A stretch of DNA of 64,000 nucleotides. Origin: a virus (taxonomy: Duplodnaviria; Caudoviricetes). Each line of letters opens with the position of its first letter. The first letter of the stretch is position 1. Position numbers and translations under genes: made by a program. The notes beneath the pieces were generated by a model. The model made no database searches. It saw only the letters and a program-made list of their open reading frames with translations, and was not told the DNA's origin. Below, in pieces: positions 1-8,942 of this stretch. Where the stretch lies: IMG/VR virus record IMGVR_UViG_3300033074_001883, positions 1 to 64,000 of that record; one strand, given 5' to 3'.

Positions 1-1019
1 TGCACGCCGCTCGGCCTCATGGTGATGGTGCCCGGCTCGTCGATGCGGACGGTCAACCGCACGCGCGAGTTGTCGCCAGCGACGGTGCCGCCGAGAACCG
101 ACTCGAAGGAGAACGGCACCATGATCGAGTTGATCGTGCGGTTCGCGCCGGGGCTCGGTGGCGTGAACTCGTACGTCACCACAAGCTGAATCGACATGTG
201 GTTCGCGCGAGCGAGCGCGTTCGCGCGGGCCTTGAACTGATGCGTCGCTGTCGTCGTCGGGACGGTCGCCGAGCGGTCGTAGATCCAGCGGCACATCCGG
301 TCGCTGGCGAGCGCGCACTCCTGCGCGCCGAAGGCGAACTCGCCGTCGGTGTCGATCTCCAAACCCAACGTCCAGTCCGTTGCCACGCCAGCATTTGCCT
401 CGTTACCCTCGACGACAAAGTAGTAGTCACGAATCGTGACACCTGACTCAGGGAGGATGCCGGACCCGCCTGTCAAAATCGGAATCTGGTTCGTTCCGAT
501 TTGCGTCATCGTGGTGGCGAGCGCACCCACGAGAGATTCCAGCGGGAGCACCACACTCTTGATGTGCGTCGCATCCGCGTCGTCGTACTCATAGGTAATG
601 AAGAGTTCAGCAGAGACGTTGCGGTAGCCGCCCGTCGTGCCGGTGCTCTGCGACTGGAGCCAAAACATCTCGACCGAGTGCGACGTGCCGGTGAAGTTGG
701 TGGCGAAGTAGCTGGTGAAGTCAGCGTGCCAGTGAATCGCGATGTTCTCGCCTGTGTTCGCGAGCGTCGATGCTGTGTCGTTGACGTCGCTGTCTGCCAC
801 CGCGTCGATCCCGCACGAGACCTGTACGCGGTTCACCGAGCCGCCCGTCGCGGTGATGATGTCCTGCCCCGAGAAGACGACGAACGCGGATCGAATCACC
901 CGCGACGTCGTCTCCGGGATGTAGACGGTCTTCGTGCCGAGGCTGGTCTTGGTGAGGTCAGCCGTGGCCGTGGTGAGGGAGCCCCACCCGTACCGCACTG
1001 TCTTCGTCGCAAGAGCCAC
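1..1019 (-). CDS. Putative virion/tail-fibre-associated protein, truncated by the left window edge
   Basis: Read manually: GTG at 1019 behind AAAGGCGGTG, open frame to base 1 (MALATKTVRYGWGSLTTATADLTKTSLGTKTVYIPETTSRVIRSAF...). Thr/Ser/Gly-rich. Missing from the ORF track because it has no stop in the window. Confidence 0.7.
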   Translation of the reverse strand, partial: MALATKTVRYGWGSLTTATADLTKTSLGTKTVYIPETTSRVIRSAFVVFSGQDIITATGGSVNRVQVSCGIDAVADSDVNDTASTLANTGENIAIHWHADFTSYFATNFTGTSHSVEMFWLQSQSTGTTGGYRNVSAELFITYEYDDADATHIKSVVLPLESLVGALATTMTQIGTNQIPILTGGSGILPESGVTIRDYYFVVEGNEANAGVATDWTLGLEIDTDGEFAFGAQECALASDRMCRWIYDRSATVPTTTATHQFKARANALARANHMSIQLVVTYEFTPPSPGANRTINSIMVPFSFESVLGGTVAGDNSRVRLTVRIDEPGTITMRPSGV

Positions 1020-1037
1020 GGCACACCGCCTTTGTGC

Positions 1038-1619
1038 TTAGCCGAGCGTGATGGTGAACGTGACGGTCAGCGTGTCGGTGTTCACGAGGTTGCGCTGCGT
1101 GAAAGCGAGCGCGTGGTTCATCGTGCCCGCCGAGACAGCCGTGAAGAGGGCCGCCTTCTGCGCGCTCTGCGTGCCGGTCGCCGTGAAGACCTTGGAGACG
1201 GTCGTGGTGTTGGTGCCGCCCGTGTGCGCGTACGAGCCCGCTGCGCGGCCGAGGCCGTTGAGCGTGATTTCGTTGCTCAGCGTGGTACTGGCCGTCGTCT
1301 CCGTCAGCGTGTCGTTGCTCAGCCCGATGAAGTTGAGGCCGTTCGTGCCGAGGCCTGACGTGCCGTACCCCTGAAGATGCAGGTAGTCGCGGCCTGCGGT
1401 GGTGATGACGTTCCACACCAACTCGCCCTCGTCGAGCGGAGCGTAGCGCGAGGGCACGAGGAGGCCGGTCACCTCGTCCTTGATGAAGTCGATGGCGCGG
1501 TGCTGCTGGACAAAGGCCGAGGCGCGCCCGAGCGGCACGCCCTCCTTCATGTTGATGCCGGAACCGGCGAGGACAGCGAGGGCCAGCTTGGCGCGACGGA
1601 GGTAGTCGTTCAGCTTCAT
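1038..1619 (-). CDS. Virion structural protein (minor tail/fibre-type)
   Basis: 193 aa. The pattern NVITTAGRD...IGLSND...LSNEI...R...SKVF...TLTVTFTI resembles common phage minor tail proteins. Late-gene context. Confidence 0.65.
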   Translation of the reverse strand: MKLNDYLRRAKLALAVLAGSGINMKEGVPLGRASAFVQQHRAIDFIKDEVTGLLVPSRYAPLDEGELVWNVITTAGRDYLHLQGYGTSGLGTNGLNFIGLSNDTLTETTASTTLSNEITLNGLGRAAGSYAHTGGTNTTTVSKVFTATGTQSAQKAALFTAVSAGTMNHALAFTQRNLVNTDTLTVTFTITLG

Positions 1620-1653
1620 GGTGGGTTCCTTCGGAAGAGTTGAGCTGCTTGTA

Positions 1654-1938
1654 CTACGAGCCGCCGTCTGGGACTACTCCGCACCGCAGCCACGCTTCCC
1701 TGCTGTACTGCTCCAGCGACTCCACGTACCGCAGAAGCCGCGTCCCCCCATTGAGGTCGAAGCACGCGAGGTTCTCCGGGCACCCGTCTACAGGGCCCAG
1801 CACGGGGATGCTACTTGCCAGACTTGGTGGTGCCACCGGGAGGCACGCCCGTGGGGAGCGGTCTGGGGGCGACACGGTCTTTGGACAACACGTCAGTGAG
1901 ACGAGAGCGAAGCTCAGCAGGACTGCTCGGTGCATCAC
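1654..1938 (-). CDS. o-spanin (Rz1-like outer-membrane lipoprotein)
   Basis: Lipoprotein-type signal ending LVSLT-C, Pro-rich linker, extra Cys residues. Overlaps the 3' end of the i-spanin gene in another frame, downstream of endolysin and holin. Confidence 0.75.
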   Translation of the reverse strand: MMHRAVLLSFALVSLTCCPKTVSPPDRSPRACLPVAPPSLASSIPVLGPVDGCPENLACFDLNGGTRLLRYVESLEQYSREAWLRCGVVPDGGS

Positions 1939-2158
1939 GTGCCTCCCATGCGGCCTTGTACTGGGCGATGACCTCTTCGAGCCGGGCGATCTCTGCCTTG
2001 GACTCCTCTTCGTGCTTGGCGACGGCTGCGTACGCCAAGCGCGTTGACGTGCTGTACGTGTCGAGCGCGTCGTTAAGCACGAAGATGTGACGGGCCATCA
2101 CCACGATGATGGCCACCGCCACGAGGAAGAGCACCACGAAGGTGATGAGGACCTCCAT
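1811..2158 (-). CDS. i-spanin (Rz-like)
   Basis: Start at ATG 2158 (MEVLITFVVLFLVAVAIIVVMA): N-terminal TM helix then a coiled coil (EEESKAEIARLEEVIAQYK). Coupled to the upstream gene by TGATG. Confidence 0.75.
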   Translation of the reverse strand: MEVLITFVVLFLVAVAIIVVMARHIFVLNDALDTYSTSTRLAYAAVAKHEEESKAEIARLEEVIAQYKAAWEARDAPSSPAELRSRLTDVLSKDRVAPRPLPTGVPPGGTTKSGK

Positions 2159-2373
2159 CACAGCGCGGGGTCCCGCTGGTTCACCGGGGAAATGGCGATG
2201 GCCTTCTTCGCGTAGAAGCACGCCACTTCGAGGTTCGAGCGCATCACCGCGATGCAGCGCGGGTCACCGTCAGCGGTGAGCTCGATCATTCGATCGAGCA
2301 ACGCATCGAACGACTCGCCGACCGCCTTCGCTCGGCGCGTGCCCTCCTCGTTGAGCACGTGCGTCTTGAACAT
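2158..2373 (-). CDS. Acb2/Tad1/Vs.4-like helical-hairpin protein (putative cyclic-nucleotide sponge, anti-defence)
   Basis: 71 aa from ATG 2373: MFKTHVLNEEG...AKAVGESFDALLDRM...PRCIAVMRSNLEVACFYAKKAIAISPVNQ. The C-terminal helix parallels T4 Vs.4 (TKLKEASMWACRAV.QP) and Acb2 as recalled. Confidence 0.6.
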   Translation of the reverse strand: MFKTHVLNEEGTRRAKAVGESFDALLDRMIELTADGDPRCIAVMRSNLEVACFYAKKAIAISPVNQRDPAL

Positions 2374-2378
2374 CGGGC

Positions 2379-2912
2379 TCACGGCTGCACCGTCGGAGCG
2401 GGAGGCGGAGGCGGCTTGGAGAAGAGCTTCTCGACGAGCGGGAAGACCACCTTGCTCAGCCAACTCCAGAAGCCAGAAGCCGCTGCGGCGAGGAGCACGG
2501 CGTTCAGGATGTCCATGCCCGACGGCGTCTTCCCCGCACCCCACGTAGTGGTGAGCATGCCGGAGAAGGTGACGAAGAACGCCATCACGATGGCCGCCCC
2601 GTTGGTCGCGAAGACGGGGGCCTTCGGCGCGAGGAACTTGCGGAGGACGTAGACCAGCAGCGTCACGATGATGAAGGTGAGCTTGCCCCACTCTTTCGAC
2701 GTGACGGCGTCGTGAATCGCCGTGAGGACGCGTGCCGGGTCGGCCTCGGGGTCGAGGACCGGCGCGGTCGGCGGCAGGCTGATGGGAGTGAGCGGCGCGA
2801 GCGCGACCCCGGCGTCGACCATCTCGACCGGAGGCGGAAACGCGGCGTCGACGGACTCACCGTCGGCGAACGCAGTGAGGCTGAAGAGGACGACGAGGAC
2901 GAAGCGCTTCAT
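2379..2912 (-). CDS. Putative holin (signal peptide plus about 3 TM helices)
   Basis: Signal-like N-terminus (MKRFVLVVLFSLTAFA-DG), Pro-rich segment, three hydrophobic segments. Lies between endolysin and spanins. Confidence 0.55.
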   Translation of the reverse strand: MKRFVLVVLFSLTAFADGESVDAAFPPPVEMVDAGVALAPLTPISLPPTAPVLDPEADPARVLTAIHDAVTSKEWGKLTFIIVTLLVYVLRKFLAPKAPVFATNGAAIVMAFFVTFSGMLTTTWGAGKTPSGMDILNAVLLAAAASGFWSWLSKVVFPLVEKLFSKPPPPPAPTVQP

Positions 2913-2936
2913 GGTGAGTACCCCTCGGAAACGGTG

Positions 2937-3413
2937 TCAGACGCCACGGCAATACTGGAAGTGCATGGCGTCCTTGACACTACGCCATCTCCCTCCCCAC
3001 TCCCAGCCCTGCTCTTCGAAGGCCGACAGGAAGACGGGCGGGAGGTCGGTCACGAGCTTCGAGCCCATCGGGTTCGTGTCCCAGTTGATGTCGAAGGCGA
3101 TGCCCCACGAGTGCACCGAGAGCGGCATCGTCGGGTCGTGCCGCATGTGCCGGGGGACGAAGCCGCCGAGCATGCGGATCTTGTACTGCGGGCACCGCAC
3201 CATCGCTTCCTTGAGGCACGTCTCGAAGATCGGCGCGACGAGCCGGTGAAGCTGGATGGAGCACTTCGTCCCGCACACGTTGCGGAGGACGACGAGGTTG
3301 TCCTTCTCCCACGTGTCGTCGATGTCGACGGCACCCTTCGAGAGTTCGACGTACTTGAACTTCCCGAAGACCTTCTCGATCTCCTTGAAGCCAGTCGGCG
3401 GAATGATGCTCAT
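2937..3413 (-). CDS. Endolysin, M15 family zinc peptidase (L-Ala-D-Glu/D-Ala-D-Ala type)
   Basis: Motifs R...LSVHSWGIAFDIN and WGGRW...DAMHFQY are diagnostic of peptidase M15. Confidence 0.9.
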   Translation of the reverse strand: MSIIPPTGFKEIEKVFGKFKYVELSKGAVDIDDTWEKDNLVVLRNVCGTKCSIQLHRLVAPIFETCLKEAMVRCPQYKIRMLGGFVPRHMRHDPTMPLSVHSWGIAFDINWDTNPMGSKLVTDLPPVFLSAFEEQGWEWGGRWRSVKDAMHFQYCRGV

Positions 3414-3424
3414 GGTTAGTCCCC

Positions 3425-5704
3425 TTACGTGGTGGAGCCGTTGGTGTTCATGCGCTGCCGAACGTCTTCGAGGCGGTAGGACCCGGCGAAGAACTGGGAG
3501 ATGCCCGTGTCCGTCTCGACGCCGTCCGTGTTGTTACCCCAAAGGTAGTCGTAGTAGTACGACCCCTTCCCGGCCCCCACCGCGTGTTCTGCGTAGATGG
3601 GCAGGTTCGCGCTCAGGTAGCGGTGGAAAACACAGGCCTGCACCTGAAGGTGGAACTGCACCCCAGCGTTCTGGATGAGCGTGTAGAGGAAGTTCGTCGG
3701 TCCGACCGCGAACACCGTGTTGTCGTCGGGCGTCTTCGCTCCGGTGAACTCGCACCCCTCGATGGTGATGCGCGTGCCCGTGAGCGCGGAGCCCGCGCCA
3801 GAGACGACCTGAATGGCCGCGCCGTTGGTGCCCGCCGTGTGGTTGCCGCAGAAGAAGCGGCACCCCTTGAAGACCTGCGGGAGCGCGTTCACGCCGACGT
3901 TCGCCACGGGGAACAGCGGAGCCGCCGTGCTCGGGACGTTGATCCAGAAGTCGCTGTTCTTGGCGACGACCGCAATCGAAGGTCGGTCGATGTTAACGAT
4001 GGAGTTCCCGTGCTCCACGGAGCACGACTGGAACGTCACCAACGACGCCTTGTTCCCGGAGAAGGTGAAGTCGCCGCCAGCGTTCCGGCTGATGAGCGGT
4101 GAGCTTGCGCCCGTCGAAGAGCGGCGGAACTTGTTCCCCGTGAAGACGAGGTCGAGGTACGCCGAGCCCGAGAGGAGGTTCACGCACTCGGAGAGGTTGT
4201 GCCAGTTGCAGTTGAGGAACTCCGCCGCGTACGTGCCATTCGTACCGAGGCGACCGAGACCGCGCCACTCGGGCCGTCCGGCCTCGTTGAACTGGCATCC
4301 GTCGAATTTGGCCCCGAGGACCACCTGCCCCGTGGTGAAGAGCTGATCGTTCACCGTCGTCGGGTAGAAGGAGCAGTTCTTGAACGTGATGCTGTTGCCG
4401 GAGAGCGTCAACTTGTCGAAGCAAGCCGAGCCAGTCCACTCGAAGAAGCAGTCGACGAAGCGGACGTTGGTGCCGATGGTGTTGATGTTAGCGAGGCCGC
4501 CAACGGTCGACGAACCAAGACGCCGGAAGCTGCAATTCCGGAAGAGGATGTTGGCGCACGACGTAGCACTGAGTTCGAGCAGCACGGCGTCCGTCACTTC
4601 GAGCGTCATGTTCTCGATGGTGAGCGCGGTGATGGTGCCTTGCATGCGCACGAAGGACGAGAGCGTGAGCTTCGTCGCTCCCGTGCCGTCTCCGCGAAGA
4701 ACGAAGCTGGCCTTGTTGTCGAGGTTCAGGAAACCCTCGGTGTGGTCACCCGCCTTGAGGTGGACGACACCGCGTGTGACGGCTGCGATGGCGGAGGCCA
4801 CCGAGGTGTAGTCGGCCACGCCCACCGTCGGGTGCACCGTGGCGAAGGCGGTCTTCGTCGCTTGAATGCGACGGCTCAGCGTCGTCTGAACGACCGCGTT
4901 CTGGAGGTCGGTGCGAGCGTCGATGACCTCCTGAAGCGTCGTGGGCGGGTTCCACCAGTCCTGCCCGGTCGCTCCGGAGATGGTGCGGAGCACCGAGGCG
5001 AGCGCCTTGAACATCGTGCGGATGCCCTTGACGTTGCGGTCGCCGCCCGACGAGCCGATGGCGAACGGCAGGTCGTTGACGCCGCCGTTGAGCGCCGGGA
5101 TTTGGTTACCCGAGACCATCCACATGTTGCGGAAGTCGACGTTGCTGAACGCGATGACGCCGGTCCCGTTCGTCTTGCACGCCGCGAGCGCGACGAGCTT
5201 GCGGTTCTTCCCGGAGATGAACGCCGTCGTCTGGAAGCTGCTCTGGAGGAGCGTCACGTCGGCGTTGGACGTCACGTAGAGACCGACGAGCTTCGACTTC
5301 CGCGTGGGCGTGACGAGGCTGTACTCCTCGGGCGGCGTGGGGATGTCGTTGAGGAAACGCCGCGCATCGGAGTCAGAGTCCTGCTCGATGGCGTACGCGT
5401 GGATGTAGCAGGACTGGCTCGCCGGAAGCGCAACGGAGAGCGGGGCGGAGGAGAGCATCTCAAGAACGTTCCCTTCCGCGTCGATGGCCGCGCTGTCGAC
5501 CCCGAGGAGTTGCCACGTGAGGCTGAGCGTGGAGCCGACGCCGTCGAAGCCGGTGAGCACGGTGCCGTTGACACCGGGCTCCATGAGCACGGTCATCATC
5601 TCGCGGAAGTCGGAGTCCTTGAGGGTGGAGATGGCGGTGAGGTCGTCGACGTCGACACGCTGGTCCTCGACGAAGTTCACGTTCTTCTGGGTAGCGAAGG
5701 GCAT
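3425..5704 (-). CDS. Tailspike/receptor-binding protein with parallel beta-helix (possible depolymerase)
   Basis: 759 aa. N-terminal baseplate-anchor-like region; YTSVASAIAA...VHLKAGDH beta-helix cap; repeated ITFKNCSF/AEFLNCNW/VFKGCRF/ITIEGCEF coils. Confidence 0.75.
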   Translation of the reverse strand: MPFATQKNVNFVEDQRVDVDDLTAISTLKDSDFREMMTVLMEPGVNGTVLTGFDGVGSTLSLTWQLLGVDSAAIDAEGNVLEMLSSAPLSVALPASQSCYIHAYAIEQDSDSDARRFLNDIPTPPEEYSLVTPTRKSKLVGLYVTSNADVTLLQSSFQTTAFISGKNRKLVALAACKTNGTGVIAFSNVDFRNMWMVSGNQIPALNGGVNDLPFAIGSSGGDRNVKGIRTMFKALASVLRTISGATGQDWWNPPTTLQEVIDARTDLQNAVVQTTLSRRIQATKTAFATVHPTVGVADYTSVASAIAAVTRGVVHLKAGDHTEGFLNLDNKASFVLRGDGTGATKLTLSSFVRMQGTITALTIENMTLEVTDAVLLELSATSCANILFRNCSFRRLGSSTVGGLANINTIGTNVRFVDCFFEWTGSACFDKLTLSGNSITFKNCSFYPTTVNDQLFTTGQVVLGAKFDGCQFNEAGRPEWRGLGRLGTNGTYAAEFLNCNWHNLSECVNLLSGSAYLDLVFTGNKFRRSSTGASSPLISRNAGGDFTFSGNKASLVTFQSCSVEHGNSIVNIDRPSIAVVAKNSDFWINVPSTAAPLFPVANVGVNALPQVFKGCRFFCGNHTAGTNGAAIQVVSGAGSALTGTRITIEGCEFTGAKTPDDNTVFAVGPTNFLYTLIQNAGVQFHLQVQACVFHRYLSANLPIYAEHAVGAGKGSYYYDYLWGNNTDGVETDTGISQFFAGSYRLEDVRQRMNTNGSTT

Positions 5705-6774
5705 CAGTCTCTCCTCTGGCGGAATTCCACTTTGACACCTGCTGCGCGGACCAGCTTCATCACATTCAGTAGAGCGGGTCTATTCGCTCCGCGCATGCGG
5801 GCGTAGATGGAGTTGTTGGTGATGTTGGAGACAGCGGAAGCGGGCGTCGGACGAATGCGCGGGACGTAGGTCGGGATGGCGGTCGCACGGAGGTAGTCGC
5901 CCGTGTGCGACACCGTGGAGGCGCGCGAGGGCGTTCGCAGGAAGAGACCGGTCCCCGGGCCTGTCGGCAGAAGAGTCGACGGGATCTCGATGGTGATGGT
6001 CTTCCGGCGCACCTCGAAGACGTTCCACCCGGTGGTGGCCTTGTCCCCGAAAATGGCGGTGAGCACCTTCTCCAGCGTGCTTCGCGTGCACTTCTTCTGG
6101 AAGGCGAGCGCCGCGATGTACTGGCGGAACGCGGTGTCGGTGAGCGCGAGGAGGAACGGCTTCGAGATGCCGTAGTTGTCCGCGATGGTGAGGAGGTCGT
6201 CACCGATGGCCGTGCGGAGGAACATGCCGCGACGTGCGCCCTCCAGCCCCTCTGGGTCGAGCGGCGTGAACTCACGAATGCCGGGGACGAGGCCGAGTCC
6301 GTCGCCGAACGTGCTCGCGTAGAGCAGCGCGTCGGCGGCCGTCGAGGCGGCGAGCGCGGCCTTGAGCGCGGCGGCCGTCGTCGAGATTTGACCGAAGGAG
6401 TCCGTCTCCAGCGAGACGAGCACGTCCTTCCCCGTCACCGTGATGGTTAGCGGGGAACTCACCGTCGTTGGCACGTCGTGCTTCACGCGAATCGCCGGGT
6501 CGTCGACACGCGCGACGTAGAGAACGTTGCCCGTCGGAGCCTGAGCGCGGACGAGGAGCGTGCGTTCGCCGACGGCCACGCGGTGATCCTCCAAGCCGAT
6601 GGCGTGAAGGATGGCCCCGAGGAGAGACGGGTAGCGCGTCTCGTACACCGGGGGCATGAGCTTCTTGATCTCCTCCACCTTGCGTGGAACCCCCTGCGCG
6701 CCCGAAGAGGGCGACGGACCCGGCACGGCTGGTGTGACGGGCGGAGGAAGGAGAGGCCAGAAGTAGGTAGTCAT
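5704..6774 (-). CDS. Baseplate wedge subunit (P2 gpI-like)
   Basis: FLRTAIGDDLLTIADNYGI...TDTAFRQYIAALAFQKKCTRSTLEKVL pattern. Downstream of baseplate J. Confidence 0.6.
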   Translation of the reverse strand: MTTYFWPLLPPPVTPAVPGPSPSSGAQGVPRKVEEIKKLMPPVYETRYPSLLGAILHAIGLEDHRVAVGERTLLVRAQAPTGNVLYVARVDDPAIRVKHDVPTTVSSPLTITVTGKDVLVSLETDSFGQISTTAAALKAALAASTAADALLYASTFGDGLGLVPGIREFTPLDPEGLEGARRGMFLRTAIGDDLLTIADNYGISKPFLLALTDTAFRQYIAALAFQKKCTRSTLEKVLTAIFGDKATTGWNVFEVRRKTITIEIPSTLLPTGPGTGLFLRTPSRASTVSHTGDYLRATAIPTYVPRIRPTPASAVSNITNNSIYARMRGANRPALLNVMKLVRAAGVKVEFRQRRD

Positions 6775-7202
6775 GGTGCGAGGGCTCCGAAGGCGTCGAC
6801 CGCGACGACGCTAACAGACGGCGACGCAGGCCAACCTCCCGACCGAAGAAGGACGAAGTGGAACCCGTCCGTGATTGGTGTCCGCGTGCTCTGCACGTAG
6901 GTGGGGGCGAACGCTGCGCCGTCGTGGACAACCTCGTACGCGCCCGTGGGGAAGGAGACGAGCACGACGAGCGCCACCATCGTGTCCGGGTCCGTGACGT
7001 CGAACTGGATGGGGTTGCTCGCGTAGAGCCCGTCGCCCGGCGTCGGGACGAGGTTAGTGATGAGCGGCGGGCTCGGCGTCGGCGGCACGACCGGCACGAC
7101 AACCTGACCCGCGAAGACGAACTCCGACTCGTCTCGACCGGTCAACTCCCACGTGAAGAACGGGATGTCGATGAAGGCGAAGTCTGATTCGAGAAGAGCC
7201 AC
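6771..7202 (-). CDS. Virion protein with an Ig-like domain
   Basis: 143 aa, P..P.PG...PIQFDVTD...V.V.AVD..G pattern shared with 8244-8942. Confidence 0.5.
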   Translation of the reverse strand: MALLESDFAFIDIPFFTWELTGRDESEFVFAGQVVVPVVPPTPSPPLITNLVPTPGDGLYASNPIQFDVTDPDTMVALVVLVSFPTGAYEVVHDGAAFAPTYVQSTRTPITDGFHFVLLRSGGWPASPSVSVVAVDAFGALAP

Positions 7203-7211
7203 AGTTCCTCC

Positions 7212-8228
7212 TCAGACCGTCGGCGCGACGCCGGGGCAAGCCCACACGAAGTCGCCTACCACGGTACGGGTGATGACACCGGCCAGCGAGATGGGCTCTC
7301 CGACTGCCGCGTTCGTGGTGTAGAGGTCGGGGAGGATTCCTCGGTAGGCGTACTGCGCGCCGCTGTTGCCCGCCCAGACCGCGCACGCCGTCGCGTTGTA
7401 CTTCCCCGAGAAGGCGTCCGTGGTGTAGGCCGCGCCGCCCGTCATGTCGGTACCGCCCGCGCGCAGGCCCTGCATGCCGCCCGTGTTGACCACTGTGAGG
7501 CCGTTCGGCGAGCGACCGACGACGCCTCCCGCGCCGTTGGCGATCTGAACGGCGGTGCACGACCCTCGTCCGGTTGACTGCGCGTTTCCCACCCAAAACG
7601 TGTTGCGCAAGTCACCCGCGTCAGCGCCGGTCGTCTTCATCAGCGAAATCGTCAGGAAGACCACACCCGTCCCTGCGCGATGCGCCCAGAAGGTGAACTG
7701 CTCGTCGGTTCCGGCGACGAAGCTCGTGTAGCACGTTGCTCCAGTCGTCGTGTCGGCGAGAAAGTTCTGAGGCGCGTTGCCGGTCGTCGTCGTCGCCCAG
7801 AGGTACTCCTCGGTAGAGGTCGGGCGGTCGTTCACCGTGCCGCCCGTGAACGGGGCTGCGACGCGCGTCCCCGCGATGACGATGTTCGTGTTCGTCGCGT
7901 TGATGCAGTCGATCACGATTTGCGTGTTGCCCTTCTCAAGCCAGATCCACGAGTGCGCGGCACCCGCCGCTGCCCAGACGAGGTTGGTGCGGGCCGCGAT
8001 GTGGTTCACCCCGACGAGAGAGACGCTCACCGAGTTCGACGAGCCCTTCACGGTCCAGACGCTCGCGGCGTTTCGAGTCCCGGTCAGCGTTCCAGTCGCC
8101 GCTGTGTCGAGAAGATTCTGGATGATGCTGAAGATGACCGACTGCGCGAGGTCGAGCTGCACCGCGTTCGCCGCGTAGGGCTGGTTCATCCTCGAATTGC
8201 GGGTCTGCGTCATCGCTGGGAATGTCAT
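7212..8228 (-). CDS. Tail fibre/baseplate accessory protein
   Basis: 338 aa, Thr/Gly/Ala-rich beta protein in the fibre cluster. SD AAAGGA. Confidence 0.55.
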   Translation of the reverse strand: MTFPAMTQTRNSRMNQPYAANAVQLDLAQSVIFSIIQNLLDTAATGTLTGTRNAASVWTVKGSSNSVSVSLVGVNHIAARTNLVWAAAGAAHSWIWLEKGNTQIVIDCINATNTNIVIAGTRVAAPFTGGTVNDRPTSTEEYLWATTTTGNAPQNFLADTTTGATCYTSFVAGTDEQFTFWAHRAGTGVVFLTISLMKTTGADAGDLRNTFWVGNAQSTGRGSCTAVQIANGAGGVVGRSPNGLTVVNTGGMQGLRAGGTDMTGGAAYTTDAFSGKYNATACAVWAGNSGAQYAYRGILPDLYTTNAAVGEPISLAGVITRTVVGDFVWACPGVAPTV

Positions 8229-8243
8229 GTTAGCGGGTCCTTT

Positions 8244-8942
8244 TCAGGTATCGAACGGCACAGAGAAGAGAACAGCGTCACCGAACTCGGTGGTGAGGCC
8301 GGACACACGAAGAGAGTAGCGACCGCCGCGACTGAAGAGGTCGCGCATGCACACGGTCACCGTCGTCGTGGTCTCGCCTCGAACGGAGGAGCCGGGTGTC
8401 GCGGTGCGCGTGAACATCGGCGCTGCGTAGCCGAGCCGGGTTTCGACGGCGAAGTTCGACGGGTCGAAGATGGCCGAGTCCACGAGGAGGCCCGGGCTCA
8501 CGGTGAGACGGAGGCACCGGTCGCTGATGACTTCGACGACAGCGACCACGGCCGAACTCGCGACCGTGAAGCTCCACGTCGCCGTCGTGGAGTTTCCCGA
8601 AGCGTCGAGGGCCGTCACGCTGACCGGGACGACGTCGAGGGAGGTGAGCAGGCTAGGCGGGACCGCGTTCACGCGAACGCCGTTGGTGATGACCGTGACT
8701 GAGCCAGACCACCCGTTGACGAAAACACCACCCGCGTAGGCGGAGACGCCGTCAACCGTGAGCGTGAACGAGGCATAGTTGCCGCCGTAGTCGACGACAT
8801 CGAACTCGATAGCCGTCCTCGGGCTGATGTTAGCCGTCGAAGGCGCAGGCACGCGAGCGAACACCTGCGGAGCCGTCGTGTCGGCACCGAAGACTCCGCC
8901 CACCGGACCAACTCCGACGGGCATGGTGCCGAGCGAACTCAT
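8244..8942 (-). CDS. Virion protein with bacterial Ig-like domains
   Basis: DTTAPQVFARVPAPSTANISPRTAIEFDV...VSVTALDASGN is typical of Big-type domains. Confidence 0.55.
   Translation of the reverse strand: MSSLGTMPVGVGPVGGVFGADTTAPQVFARVPAPSTANISPRTAIEFDVVDYGGNYASFTLTVDGVSAYAGGVFVNGWSGSVTVITNGVRVNAVPPSLLTSLDVVPVSVTALDASGNSTTATWSFTVASSAVVAVVEVISDRCLRLTVSPGLLVDSAIFDPSNFAVETRLGYAAPMFTRTATPGSSVRGETTTTVTVCMRDLFSRGGRYSLRVSGLTTEFGDAVLFSVPFDT

Noticed and set aside
2158-2691. ORF-track 177-aa version of the Acb2-like gene
   Set aside because: The N-terminal 106 aa overlap the holin in another frame; the true start is likely ATG 2373.
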